Source: an uncultured Saprospiraceae bacterium
Lineage (GTDB): Bacteria > Bacteroidota > Bacteroidia > Chitinophagales > Saprospiraceae
Direction: 5' to 3'
Assembly: GCA_964564885.1 (NCBI GenBank)
Contig: CAZMEH010000109.1
Location: 1-39,698, forward strand
DNA length: 39,698 nucleotides
Part shown: positions 1-8,381 of the stretch, one piece after another
Layout of the letters: each line of letters begins with the position of its first letter
Position numbering within the stretch: the first letter of the stretch is position 1
The notes under the pieces: model-generated
What the model saw: the letters and a program-made list of their open reading frames with translations, nothing else
What the model was told of the DNA's origin: nothing
Databases searched by the model: none
Position numbers and translations under genes: made by a program

Positions 1-141
1 AATTTTAGTCTTCGTTAGTTTTTCATCAGATAGCACGGCTATCTTCCTCTAAACTGCCTCGTCTAAAATCAAAATCTAGATTTTTCGACTATAAGAACTT
101 TTGTGAATAAAGACTAATAGATATTTTCAATCTTTAATTAT

Positions 142-1104
142 TTAAAATAATCCTTGAATGATACTTTCAATTGTCTTACCTTCCGCTTCTGCTTTATAGT
201 TTAATACAACACGGTGACGCAATACATAATTTGCAACCGCTTGAACGTCTTCGATATCTGGTGAATATTTACCGTTGACTGCCGCATGACATTTTGCACC
301 AAGTACTAAGTACTGAGAGGCACGAGGTCCTGCGCCCCAAGATAAATATTGGTTCACTTCTTTTGTAGCTTTAACTGTTCCTGGGCGAGTTTTACACGCT
401 AACGAAACGGCATATTCTAACACGTTGTCAGAAATTGGAATCTTACGAACCAAGTCTCTAAAGAAGATGATTTGTTCAGACGAAACAATGTTGTTTAGTT
501 TCACCTTTTTCATCGAAGTTGTACTTTTTACAACTTGAAGTTCTTCTTCATAAGATGGATAATCCAACCTAATATTGAACATAAAACGATCTAATTGCGC
601 TTCTGGCAATGGATACGTTCCTTCTTGTTCAATCGGGTTTTGAGTCGCCAATACAAAAAATGGATCTGGTAATTTATGATTGATACCACTTACGGTTACA
701 GAACGTTCTTGCATAGCTTCCAAAAGTGCCGCTTGCGTCTTAGGAGGCGTACGGTTAATCTCATCCGCTAATACAATATTTCCAAAAATCGGTCCTTCGT
801 GAAATTTGAAATGACGGTTTTCATCAAGCATTTCCGCACCTGTAATATCCGAGGGCATTAAATCGGGCGTAAACTGAATACGTTTGAAATCTAAATCTAA
901 AACCTCTGCAATGGTACTTACTAAAAGTGTTTTTGCTAGTCCAGGTACACCGACCAATAAACTGTGTCCATTACTGAATAATGATATGATAACCGCTTTA
1001 ACAACATCTTGCTGTCCAACGATAACTTTTCCAATTTCTGCTTTTAAGTCTTTGTAAGCTTTTGCTAGTGCGTCAACCGCTTCTACATCAGAAGAGTATT
1101 TCAT
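142..1104 (-). CDS. MoxR-family AAA+ ATPase
   Basis: 320-aa ORF with Walker A-like 'GVPGLAKT' and Walker B 'VLADEINR'. The 'ATQNPIEQEGTYPLPEAQLDRF' block is typical of MoxR-type ATPases. Usual partner genes (DUF58/vWA) would lie off the left edge. Confidence 0.9.
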   Translation of the reverse strand: MKYSSDVEAVDALAKAYKDLKAEIGKVIVGQQDVVKAVIISLFSNGHSLLVGVPGLAKTLLVSTIAEVLDLDFKRIQFTPDLMPSDITGAEMLDENRHFKFHEGPIFGNIVLADEINRTPPKTQAALLEAMQERSVTVSGINHKLPDPFFVLATQNPIEQEGTYPLPEAQLDRFMFNIRLDYPSYEEELQVVKSTTSMKKVKLNNIVSSEQIIFFRDLVRKIPISDNVLEYAVSLACKTRPGTVKATKEVNQYLSWGAGPRASQYLVLGAKCHAAVNGKYSPDIEDVQAVANYVLRHRVVLNYKAEAEGKTIESIIQGLF

Positions 1105-1328
1105 ATGCTCTCTTAGTTAAATTTAAATGATGAGTGTCTGCTGGTAGGCAGGTTTAAAGTTATAGAACTGTCAATGATTGTTCCAATCTCTAAGTAAATA
1201 TACAATTTTTATAAAGCATTGTTGATAATCAGATTAAATTCTACAAAGAACGCTTTATTGATGACAAAAGAGTAGAAAGCAATTATTCGGCTGCTCTATT
1301 ATTCAATTGTTTTTTTTGTTCAATAAAA

Positions 1329-1372
1329 AAGGATTTAAAGATTCGATATAATTACCGAACCTCTAAATCCTT
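1329..1372 (-). terminator. Rho-independent terminator after the BON-LysM gene
   Basis: Long imperfect hairpin (AAGGATTTAAAG...CTCTAAATCCTT) followed on the minus strand by a T-run (complement of the A-run at 1325-1330). Confidence 0.6.
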
Positions 1373-1430
1373 CTCGTTCAAAACATATAAAACAATCAAT
1401 TTTTTTGTCGTTCTATATTCCAGACTAAGA

Positions 1431-1928
1431 TTACGCTAATGGTGGAATACGTAACATTTGCCCCGGATAAATTTTATCAGGATGCTCTAACATTGGTTTG
1501 TTAGCTTCAAAGATTACTGGGTATTTTGCCCCGTCATTATAGTGTTGAGATGAGATTTTCCAAAGTGTATCACCTTTTTCTACGGTGTAAAATACAGTAG
1601 TAGCAACTTCTACTTCATCTAAGCCACGTGGAGTTGCTTCATCTTCGCTTACTGTCACCTCTAATTGATCATCAACAGAAGCAATACCATCTACGTTACC
1701 AGCAACCAGTACAGCTTTTTCCTTTCCTGAACTTGTATCACAAATACCTGAAAGTGTTACTTTATCGTCGTCAACCGTGATACGTAAGTAATCAATTTTG
1801 ATCTTATATTTATCAATTGCAGTTTTGATAGCTGCTGATTTTTCAGCGTTTGCTTCTTCTGGCGTTTTTTTGTCTTTACGACCAAATAATTTTGCACCAG
1901 CATTCTTTACAAATGAAAACAATCCCAT
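1431..1928 (-). CDS. lysM: BON + LysM domain protein (Kbp/YgaU family, peptidoglycan-binding LysM protein)
   Basis: From Met16 the protein starts 'MGLFSFVKNAGAKLFG' and ends 'YTVEKGDTLWKISSQHY...IFEANKPMLEHPDKIYPGQMLRIP'. It is colinear with E. coli YgaU/Kbp as I recall it. The ORF track starts at 1973; 1928 is preferred by homology of the N-terminus. Confidence 0.88.
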   Translation of the reverse strand: MGLFSFVKNAGAKLFGRKDKKTPEEANAEKSAAIKTAIDKYKIKIDYLRITVDDDKVTLSGICDTSSGKEKAVLVAGNVDGIASVDDQLEVTVSEDEATPRGLDEVEVATTVFYTVEKGDTLWKISSQHYNDGAKYPVIFEANKPMLEHPDKIYPGQMLRIPPLA

Positions 1929-2122
1929 TTTCGTTAAGTTTTGATTATTAAAAATATTAGATAGCATTTTCAAAACCTATGCTACCTTATTAGTGTTTGT
2001 AAGTCTGTTTAAAAATAAGCATTTATTTTCTTAAATAACAAATCTACCTATATGATGACGACAATAAAATTTTAAGGTCACGGTAATTAATATTAAAAGC
2101 ATTAATTTTGCAGAATACAGGC

Positions 2123-2130
2123 TACTTTTG
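2123..2130 (+). promoter_or_regulatory. Bacteroidota sigma-A -7 box (TAnnTTTG), M16 peptidase promoter
   Basis: TACTTTTG lies 22 nt upstream of the ATG. A second match, TAATTTTG, is at 2103-2110. Confidence 0.45.
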
Positions 2131-2151
2131 CTGCCTAAATAAAATTAATAA

Positions 2152-3399
2152 ATGATACATTTTGAGAGGTTTGAGTTGGAGAATGGTTTGAGAGTAATTG
2201 TAAATGAAGATAAAAGTACTCCAATGGTAGCGGTCAACTTATTGTATAATGTTGGCTCAAAGGACGAAGACCCAGAAAAAACAGGATTTGCGCATCTTTT
2301 TGAACATTTGATGTTTAGTGGTTCTGCTAATATTCCAGATTTTGACCAACCGCTTCAATCGGCTGGCGGTGAAAGCAATGCTTTTACCAATAAAGATATT
2401 ACGAATTTCTATGAGGTTCTTCCTGCTGATAATATCGAAGTGGCATTTTGGTTAGAATCTGACCGTATGTTGAGTTTGAATTTCAGTGAAGAAGCATTAG
2501 ATATTCAGCGCAAAGTGGTGGTCGAAGAATTTAAGGAAACTTGCTTAAGTACACCTTATGGTGATGTCTGGCATCATTTGATGAAGTTAGCGTACAAGGT
2601 TCATCCGTATAGTTGGCCAACTATTGGAAAGATTCCTAAACATGTTGAAGATGCAACGTTAACGGATGTCAAAGAGTTTTTCTATCAATATTATCGTCCC
2701 AATAATGCAATTTTAAGTGTATCAGGTAATGCGAGTGTAGAGACGGTAAAAGCTTTGGCGGAGAAATGGTTTGGTGATATTCCAGCAGGAAACTTAGACC
2801 GTAGGATTTTAGCAAAAGAACCTCAGCAAACGAGTTTTAATTATAAAATTCATGAAGCGGATGTTCCTTTAGATATGGTTTATTTGGCTTTTCATATTCC
2901 AAATCGACTGTCTGCTGATTTTTATAAAATTGATTTGATGTCGGATGTGTTGAGTAATGGACCTTCGTCAAGATTGTTTCGTCGCTTATTAAAAGAGCAA
3001 CATATTTTCTCTGATATTGATTGTTACATTACAGGAAGCCTTGAACCTGGTTTGTGTATTATCGAAGGAAAACCAGCCGATGGTGTTAGTATTGAAACGG
3101 CGGAAGCTGCTATTTGGAAAGAATTGGAACTGTTGAAAACGGAGCTTATTCCAGGGCGAGAACTAAAGAAATTACAGAATAAAGCGGAAAGTACCTTTGC
3201 TTTTTCTAGCTCTAGTATTATGACAAAATCCATGAATTTAGGATTTTTTGAATTGCTAGGTGATGCGGATTTGATTAATAGCGAAGCGCAAAAATATCAA
3301 GAAATTACTGCTCAAGATATTCAAAATCAAGCTAGACAAGTATTTAGAAAAGAAAATTGTTCTGAGTTGATTTATAAAGCAAAGCCAAGTAAGGATTAA
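2152..3399 (+). CDS. M16-family (pitrilysin/insulinase-like) zinc peptidase
   Basis: 415-aa ORF with the inverted zinc motif HxxEH ('HLFEHLMF') near the N-terminus and the downstream Glu-containing region typical of M16 peptidases. Confidence 0.9.
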   Translation: MIHFERFELENGLRVIVNEDKSTPMVAVNLLYNVGSKDEDPEKTGFAHLFEHLMFSGSANIPDFDQPLQSAGGESNAFTNKDITNFYEVLPADNIEVAFWLESDRMLSLNFSEEALDIQRKVVVEEFKETCLSTPYGDVWHHLMKLAYKVHPYSWPTIGKIPKHVEDATLTDVKEFFYQYYRPNNAILSVSGNASVETVKALAEKWFGDIPAGNLDRRILAKEPQQTSFNYKIHEADVPLDMVYLAFHIPNRLSADFYKIDLMSDVLSNGPSSRLFRRLLKEQHIFSDIDCYITGSLEPGLCIIEGKPADGVSIETAEAAIWKELELLKTELIPGRELKKLQNKAESTFAFSSSSIMTKSMNLGFFELLGDADLINSEAQKYQEITAQDIQNQARQVFRKENCSELIYKAKPSKD

Positions 3400-3439
3400 A
3401 ATAAGTTCGGTGGTTTTAATTAAGATCACCGAACTTATT
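3400..3439. terminator. Bidirectional hairpin between convergent genes
   Basis: Perfect 13-bp stem AATAAGTTCGGTG / CACCGAACTTATT. The right arm overlaps the last codons of the minus-strand membrane protein. Confidence 0.65.
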
Positions 3440-4285
3440 ATAATATAAAAACACAATCAACGGCACACCGCCATGTGGCAAACGATAAATAACTTCGTGC
3501 AGCCATTGATAACAGCTTTCCATTGGAATATTCATATCGAAATTACAGATAATACGAGCAAAAGCCGTCATGCTGCCCCAAATAATACAATACAATAAAG
3601 CCATTTGGCTCATCCATTTGATCGGAATAAAAATAAGCACAGCGACTATTATATCAACTATTCCAATGATGTAAAGAAAAGAAATAGCTGTTGTTTCGTC
3701 CATTCCAAAACCATCAATTGTCATTTGAACAAAGTGTGCAGGCACAGGATAAAAGCCTAAAGCATACAATCCATGTCCAATAAAAGTCAATGAAATCGAT
3801 ATTTTCATTGCCAGTATCAAGTGCTTTGTATTCCACAAAACTGCCCAAACCAAAAATACTGGCGTTCCAATCTGCAAACTATATTCTATAAATTGTCCAA
3901 CACTTTGAAACTTCTCTAACCAATAAAGCAAAGACAATAATACCAATGCAATTGAACCTGCAATGATAACTTTACCTAATGATTTTCGATGTTCATTTAA
4001 AAAAAATGCAAGAAAAGCACATAGCACATAAAAAACACCTGCTATAATTGTTAGCTTAACTATCCATGCGTCAACAACCATACTTGAAATAAAACCTTCC
4101 CATTCCATTCCAAGAATGACTTTCACAGGTTGCGCCATCCATTCTTCTCGCCAAAGCAATTCACGCAATGGGATATCCAAAAAAATGTGTTGCCATGCTC
4201 TGCCTAGAAAGACGGAAATGGTTAATAATTTTAAAAAAGGTATAAAAATAGTTGATGGTTGGAATGTCTGACTACTTGATTGCAT
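3416..4285 (-). CDS. Polytopic membrane protein, unknown family
   Basis: Long ORF with many hydrophobic helices. The ORF track starts at 4339; Met19 (MQSSSQ, 4285) is preferred but uncertain. No family recognised. Confidence 0.6.
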   Translation of the reverse strand: MQSSSQTFQPSTIFIPFLKLLTISVFLGRAWQHIFLDIPLRELLWREEWMAQPVKVILGMEWEGFISSMVVDAWIVKLTIIAGVFYVLCAFLAFFLNEHRKSLGKVIIAGSIALVLLSLLYWLEKFQSVGQFIEYSLQIGTPVFLVWAVLWNTKHLILAMKISISLTFIGHGLYALGFYPVPAHFVQMTIDGFGMDETTAISFLYIIGIVDIIVAVLIFIPIKWMSQMALLYCIIWGSMTAFARIICNFDMNIPMESCYQWLHEVIYRLPHGGVPLIVFLYYNKFGDLN

Positions 4286-4437
4286 ACCCGAAATTTCAGT
4301 GATTTTTAAACAAAAAAAATCGATATTGAAATCATTCAATACCGATCTTAAATTAATTTTTTACATCTTAAAATTCGAGATGCTTCATCGTTTCGCTTCA
4401 TTAATACATTCATTTTCATTCAAATGTTGCTCGTTTC

Positions 4438-4689
4438 TTAGACGTAAGGTTCGATTGCTGGTTGTTCGTTACTATATCTAAGAATACTTTGTAGAGTGCT
4501 AGTTTTGGGTGCAAAAGTCACTTTAGGCAATATTCGATAACCTTGCTCGAGGTTTTCAAATAGCTTATGTAACTCCCAGTTACTAGCGAGAGCATCTTCT
4601 ACCACGTCGTTTTCTTTCGAATTGGTTTCATGATAAAGATACTTTAAGAGTAATGATTCAATTGTAAATTTATTCTCCATATTGGACAC
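4438..4689 (-). CDS. Small hypothetical protein (83 aa)
   Basis: ORF only. The N-terminal pattern 'LLLKYLYHETNSKENDVVEDALASNWEL' faintly resembles the N-terminal helix of anti-sigma domains, but no sigma factor is adjacent. Confidence 0.45.
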   Translation of the reverse strand: MSNMENKFTIESLLLKYLYHETNSKENDVVEDALASNWELHKLFENLEQGYRILPKVTFAPKTSTLQSILRYSNEQPAIEPYV

Positions 4690-4708
4690 GCTTAATTAAA
4701 GATGAGGT

Positions 4709-4749
4709 AATACAAATTGTTAGAATTCTTAATTCTAACAATTTGTATT
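4709..4749. repeat. Perfect 19-bp-arm inverted repeat
   Basis: AATACAAATTGTTAGAATT CTT AATTCTAACAATTTGTATT, 20 nt upstream of the start codon at 4689. Confidence 0.9.
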
Positions 4750-4944
4750 TGGTACGAATTATTAAAAAACCTAGTAACTACCAATAATTCTATTAAGATA
4801 TTTGTTTCCGCTTAAAAAACAATAATAAAACGGCTAGACCTCCTAATTATTGTTTTCCTTTGACGAATTTATAGATATGTTAGTCTACTATTACCAAGTG
4901 TTTAAGCTTTTGTTTTAGGTAAGAAATACAAATATGGGTTGATA

Positions 4945-5655
4945 CTATACCTTCATCAAACACATCCAGCGAAATGCCCAAATCCAAGTTATTCGATTTT
5001 CTTTCCAAATAGGTGCTATCAATGCTTTTAGTTCCTGTTTCTTGAATGCTCGCAATACCGAAAGTGGCGCATCATTTTTAACTAAATAAGATCCATTGAA
5101 TAAATGAACCAGCAACCAAATAGAATAATAAGCCAACGGGTGACGATGTAAATCATTGATAATAAAATAGTTATTGGTTATTTTTTTGATTTGATAAAAT
5201 ATAGTTGTCAGTTCTTCATTTGTAAAATGATGGCAAAATAAAGAGCAAGTTGTTATATCAAATGTTTGATTTTCCATGGAAGTATCAAAAACATTTAACT
5301 TCATAAAATCAATATTTGTATAATCTTTACAATGCGATTTAGCAAATTCAATCATAAAGTCATTCGCATCTATTCCCGTTAATTGCGCTTGAATATTATT
5401 CTTTTTGAACCATTTAGCTAACGCAATCAAATTGTCTCCGCCGCCAGATCCAATATCTGCAATCGTATAGATTTTCTCTTTTTTAAAGAAACCTTGTTTT
5501 TTTAACCTATTCAATGCTTTGACCAAAACAAGGTTTCCTCCTAAGAAACGATTAATGACTCTTAGCTCAATGAGGTTTTGTTTGAGTGCGTCAGAATGAA
5601 GTGTCAAATCATCCATCAGTTCTTTCTTGTAGCTTCTGTTTGCAAAATTTGGCAT
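4945..5655 (-). CDS. Class I SAM-dependent methyltransferase
   Basis: 236-aa ORF with SAM-binding motif I 'IADIGSGGGDN', an acidic residue after beta-2 ('GIDAN') and an N-terminal 'ELMD' motif. Confidence 0.85.
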   Translation of the reverse strand: MPNFANRSYKKELMDDLTLHSDALKQNLIELRVINRFLGGNLVLVKALNRLKKQGFFKKEKIYTIADIGSGGGDNLIALAKWFKKNNIQAQLTGIDANDFMIEFAKSHCKDYTNIDFMKLNVFDTSMENQTFDITTCSLFCHHFTNEELTTIFYQIKKITNNYFIINDLHRHPLAYYSIWLLVHLFNGSYLVKNDAPLSVLRAFKKQELKALIAPIWKENRITWIWAFRWMCLMKV

Positions 5656-5669
5656 ATTGATTATGTATC

Positions 5670-5732
5670 GTTGGCTTTAGCCGACATGATTAAAAAAACT
5701 AGAACAAAAACCTTGTTGGCGCTAAAGCCAAC
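5670..5732. repeat. 12-bp inverted repeat GTTGGCTTTAGC / GCTAAAGCCAAC with 39-nt loop
   Basis: Seen directly. It lies in the divergent methyltransferase/GGR intergenic region. Confidence 0.8.
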
Positions 5733-5943
5733 TGGACTATCAAAAGTAAAAGTTTTGATCCATATTGAAAGATTTATTATAAATAATCAACCGATCGCTA
5801 TTTAGTTATTTACAGACCACCACATTTTATGTAGTTTTACCTTGTTTTTAAAATTTCTTTCTTTACTTCGAGTGTTCACGAAGAAATTGGGAGAGATCAG
5901 GAGTGAAAAAAATTTAAGATTTAGAAATCAAACATATTAAAAA

Positions 5944-7194
5944 ATGGTACAAACGGATGTTTGTGTATTAGGAGCAGGACCTGGAGGAGTAGCTACTTCA
6001 TTGCAATTAGCGAAACTAGGGATTTCCTCTATATTGGTAGATAAAGCAGTTTTTCCAAGAGATAAAATCTGTGGAGATGCGTTGAGCGGTAAGGTCGTTT
6101 ATGCTTTTAATAGGATTGATAAAGCTATTTTCCACGATTTTAATGCTAAAAAAGATATAAAAGCGGATTGCTGGGGCGTCAAATTTATTTATCCTAATGG
6201 TATTGATATTGAAATCAAAATGGGTAAAGATTTGACGGTCGAAGAATTACCATTTCATAAACCAGATGGTTTTATTTCTAAACGAATCGACTTTGATAAC
6301 TTTTTAGTCAATTATGTACGGAAGGAAGATTTGATTGATTTTAGAGAAGGTACGCACATTACAGACATCAAGCGCACGGACAACGGTTTCATCCTTAAAG
6401 ATAAAAAAGGAACTACTGAAATTCAAGCAAAGTTGGTCATTTCGGCAGATGGGGCACAGTCTAAGTTTGCTCGTGAACACGGAAATATTCAAAAAGAAGA
6501 CAAACATTATGCTGGTTCAGTTCGGGCATATTATAAAAATGTGAAAGGCTGTACGGCTCATAATCATATCGAATTGCATTATATCACCGAATTTTTTCCT
6601 GGCTATTTATGGATTTTTCCTTTGCCAAATGGTGCGGCAAATGTTGGTTTAGGTATGCGAACGGATAAATTGAGTAAAAGTAAAATCAATCTAAAGAAAG
6701 AATTGCTTCGTTTATTGGACGAGCATCCTCGCTTCAAAGACCGATTTGATGAAGCGGAATTAGATGGAAAAATTAAAGGGTTTGGTTTGCCTTTAGGTTC
6801 GAAGAAACGCAAAATATCTGGAGACAACTATATGTTGATTGGCGATGCCGCTTCATTGATTGATCCTCTGACAGGTGAAGGTATTGGAAACGCTGCGATA
6901 AGTGGTCGTTTTGCGGCCTTACAAGCGAAAGAGTGTTTAGATGCGAATGACTTTTCTGCTGCTTTCCTCAAACAGTACGATAAAACGGTTTATAATAAGC
7001 TTTGGAAAGAACTTCAAATTAGTACGCAATTACAACGTGCCTTTCAATATCCGAGATTAGTCAACTTTACATCAAAATTAGTACACAAGAACAAACGTTT
7101 TATAGAAATTCTATCTGCGATGTTCACTGATGTCGATCTAAGAAAAAAACTGCGTAATCCAATGTTCTACGTTAGAATGATTTTTAATAGATAG
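5944..7194 (+). CDS. Geranylgeranyl reductase-family FAD-dependent oxidoreductase
   Basis: N-terminal dinucleotide fold 'VCVLGAGPGGV', 'FPRDKICGDALSGK' (conserved Cys region of GGR family) and 'LIGDAASLIDPLTGEGIGNAAISG'. Confidence 0.85.
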   Translation: MVQTDVCVLGAGPGGVATSLQLAKLGISSILVDKAVFPRDKICGDALSGKVVYAFNRIDKAIFHDFNAKKDIKADCWGVKFIYPNGIDIEIKMGKDLTVEELPFHKPDGFISKRIDFDNFLVNYVRKEDLIDFREGTHITDIKRTDNGFILKDKKGTTEIQAKLVISADGAQSKFAREHGNIQKEDKHYAGSVRAYYKNVKGCTAHNHIELHYITEFFPGYLWIFPLPNGAANVGLGMRTDKLSKSKINLKKELLRLLDEHPRFKDRFDEAELDGKIKGFGLPLGSKKRKISGDNYMLIGDAASLIDPLTGEGIGNAAISGRFAALQAKECLDANDFSAAFLKQYDKTVYNKLWKELQISTQLQRAFQYPRLVNFTSKLVHKNKRFIEILSAMFTDVDLRKKLRNPMFYVRMIFNR

Positions 7195-7199
7195 TTCCA

Positions 7200-7222
7200 T
7201 TTACGATTTACGATTTTAGAAT
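7200..7222. repeat. 23-nt word TTTACGATTTACGATTTTAGAAT (copy 1)
   Basis: Identical 23-mer at 33491-33513. Both copies are intergenic. Confidence 0.9.
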
Positions 7223-7269
7223 GACGATTGCAATTGTTTTGCACAAGCATTTTACAATAATAAAACTTG

Positions 7270-7285
7270 TCCCGATTTCTCGGGA
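7270..7285. repeat. TCCCGA-N4-TCGGGA hairpin module
   Basis: TCCCGA TTTC TCGGGA, between the GGR-family stop (7194) and the UbiA-family start (7305). Confidence 0.9.
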
Positions 7286-7304
7286 TCTAAAATTGTCAAT
7301 CAAA

Positions 7305-8243
7305 ATGATATTTCAATGGTATAAGTTTCTTAGAATGACCAATATTTTAATTATGGTAATCACCTTTTACCTCATTAGAATATTGGTTGTTGTGCCTTAT
7401 GCTAATGCGTTTGATATAGCATTAACATTTGACGATTGGCATTTTATTGTTTTAATAATCGTTACAATGCTTTCTGCAAGTGCGGGCAATATTGTCAATG
7501 ATATTTATGACGTTGAAATAGATCAAGTCAACAAGCCAAAAAAGGTATTTATCAATCGAATTGTATCGAAAAAGAATGCTTGGCGATTGTATTTCGTATT
7601 GAATGGAATAGCAATGGCGCTCATATTTTGGGTTTATTTTCAAATTGATTGGTTCTTGATTTGGATGTATCCATTTGGTTTTTTCTTGACTTGGAGTATG
7701 CTATGGCTTTATTCTTATCGCTACAAAAAATCTGTTTTAATTGGAAATATCATCGTTGGTATTTTTGTATCATTTGTCCCATGGAGCGTTTGCTATCCTG
7801 AATTAGTCAATGCCTTAATTGGCACAATTCCTTATCAATCCTTTTTTGTGTCAACGGGTATTATCTATATTTTATTTGCATTTATTTCTACGATTCTACG
7901 AGAGATAATAAAAGATATAGAAGACAAAGAAGGCGATGCTCAATTTGGTGGAAAGACTTTACCAATTGTTTATGGTGTCGTTAAAGCGAAACGAATGGCA
8001 CAAGGTGTTGGCGTACTTTTATTAGGAATGATGTCTTTTTCTGTGTACTTTTTATTAACAGAAAAACTATATCTAAGTGGGTTCTATGGGATATTGACCG
8101 TTATTGCACCAACTATTTATTTATTAGTTAGTTTAGAAAAAGCATCCGAAAAGAAAACATTTCATCAACTTAGTCAAATTGCAAAGCTGGTGATGATGGC
8201 AGGATTGTTTTTTTTAATCGTTCTGTATTTTGAGTATTATTAG
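7305..8243 (+). CDS. UbiA-family prenyltransferase, DGGGPS-like (geranylgeranylglycerol-phosphate geranylgeranyltransferase-like)
   Basis: Polytopic ORF with first Asp-rich motif 'NIVNDIYDVEIDQVNKP' and second motif 'KDIEDKEGDAQFGGKTLP'. The ORF-track start 7221 reads through intergenic repeat modules (7200-7285), so Met29 (7305) is preferred. Confidence 0.82.
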   Translation: MIFQWYKFLRMTNILIMVITFYLIRILVVVPYANAFDIALTFDDWHFIVLIIVTMLSASAGNIVNDIYDVEIDQVNKPKKVFINRIVSKKNAWRLYFVLNGIAMALIFWVYFQIDWFLIWMYPFGFFLTWSMLWLYSYRYKKSVLIGNIIVGIFVSFVPWSVCYPELVNALIGTIPYQSFFVSTGIIYILFAFISTILREIIKDIEDKEGDAQFGGKTLPIVYGVVKAKRMAQGVGVLLLGMMSFSVYFLLTEKLYLSGFYGILTVIAPTIYLLVSLEKASEKKTFHQLSQIAKLVMMAGLFFLIVLYFEYY

Positions 8244-8300
8244 ATGAAGAAGCGAGAGCAGAGAACTCCCGAAGCCTCGGGATGAGAGAAGAGAGAAAGA
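8244..8300 (+). repeat. Purine-arm / hairpin / purine-arm element (copy 1)
   Basis: GAAGAAGCGAGAGCAGAGAAC-[TCCCGAAGCCTCGGGA]-TGAGAGAAGAGAGAAAGA. The 14-mer TGAGAGAAGAGAGA recurs inverted at 18232-18245. Confidence 0.85.
8267..8282. repeat. TCCCGA-N4-TCGGGA hairpin module
   Basis: TCCCGA AGCC TCGGGA, embedded between purine-rich arms (8244-8300). Confidence 0.9.
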
Positions 8301-8325
8301 ATTGCCTTATCTAACAAATAAAAAA

Positions 8326-8352
8326 AGCGTAAGATGTTAAACATCTTACGCT
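8326..8352. terminator. Bidirectional Rho-independent terminator
   Basis: AGCGTAAGATGTT/AACATCTTACGCT stem flanked by an A-run (8319-8325) and T-run (8353-8356). It sits between the convergent UbiA-like gene and the 461-aa gene. Confidence 0.8.
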
Positions 8353-8381
8353 TTTCTAATCTTAATACTGTTTCCCAAAAA

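Noticed and set aside
1-141. Possible gene fragment at the left edge
   Set aside because: No open frame of meaningful length on either strand. The only minus-strand ATG (24-26) hits a stop after three codons.
142-1973. MoxR ATPase and BON-LysM protein as parts of one system
   Set aside because: A 326-bp gap containing a terminator hairpin (1329-1372) separates them. MoxR partners (DUF58, vWA/Bat proteins) would be downstream, off the left edge. There is no evidence for coupling.
3024-3456. Minus-strand ORFs 3024-3233 and 3256-3456 inside the M16 peptidase gene
   Set aside because: They are fully embedded antisense in a strongly supported CDS, short and of low complexity.
5578-5805. 75-aa plus-strand ORF spanning the methyltransferase start and the 5670-5732 hairpin
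   Set aside because: It overlaps the 5' end of a supported gene in antisense and runs through an inverted repeat. It is most likely non-coding promoter DNA.
7221-7304. N-terminal extension of the UbiA-like ORF (track start 7221)
   Set aside because: These codons read straight through the intergenic repeat words (TTACGATTTACGATTTTAGAAT) and the TCCCGA hairpin at 7270-7285. The hydrophobic UbiA core begins after Met29, so 7305 is preferred.
3416-8243. A complete srs-like phenolic-lipid (type III PKS) cluster
   Set aside because: A methyltransferase and a flavoprotein are present, but no ketosynthase or type III PKS ORF exists in the window. This was kept only as an alternative hypothesis in the GGR/UbiA finding.
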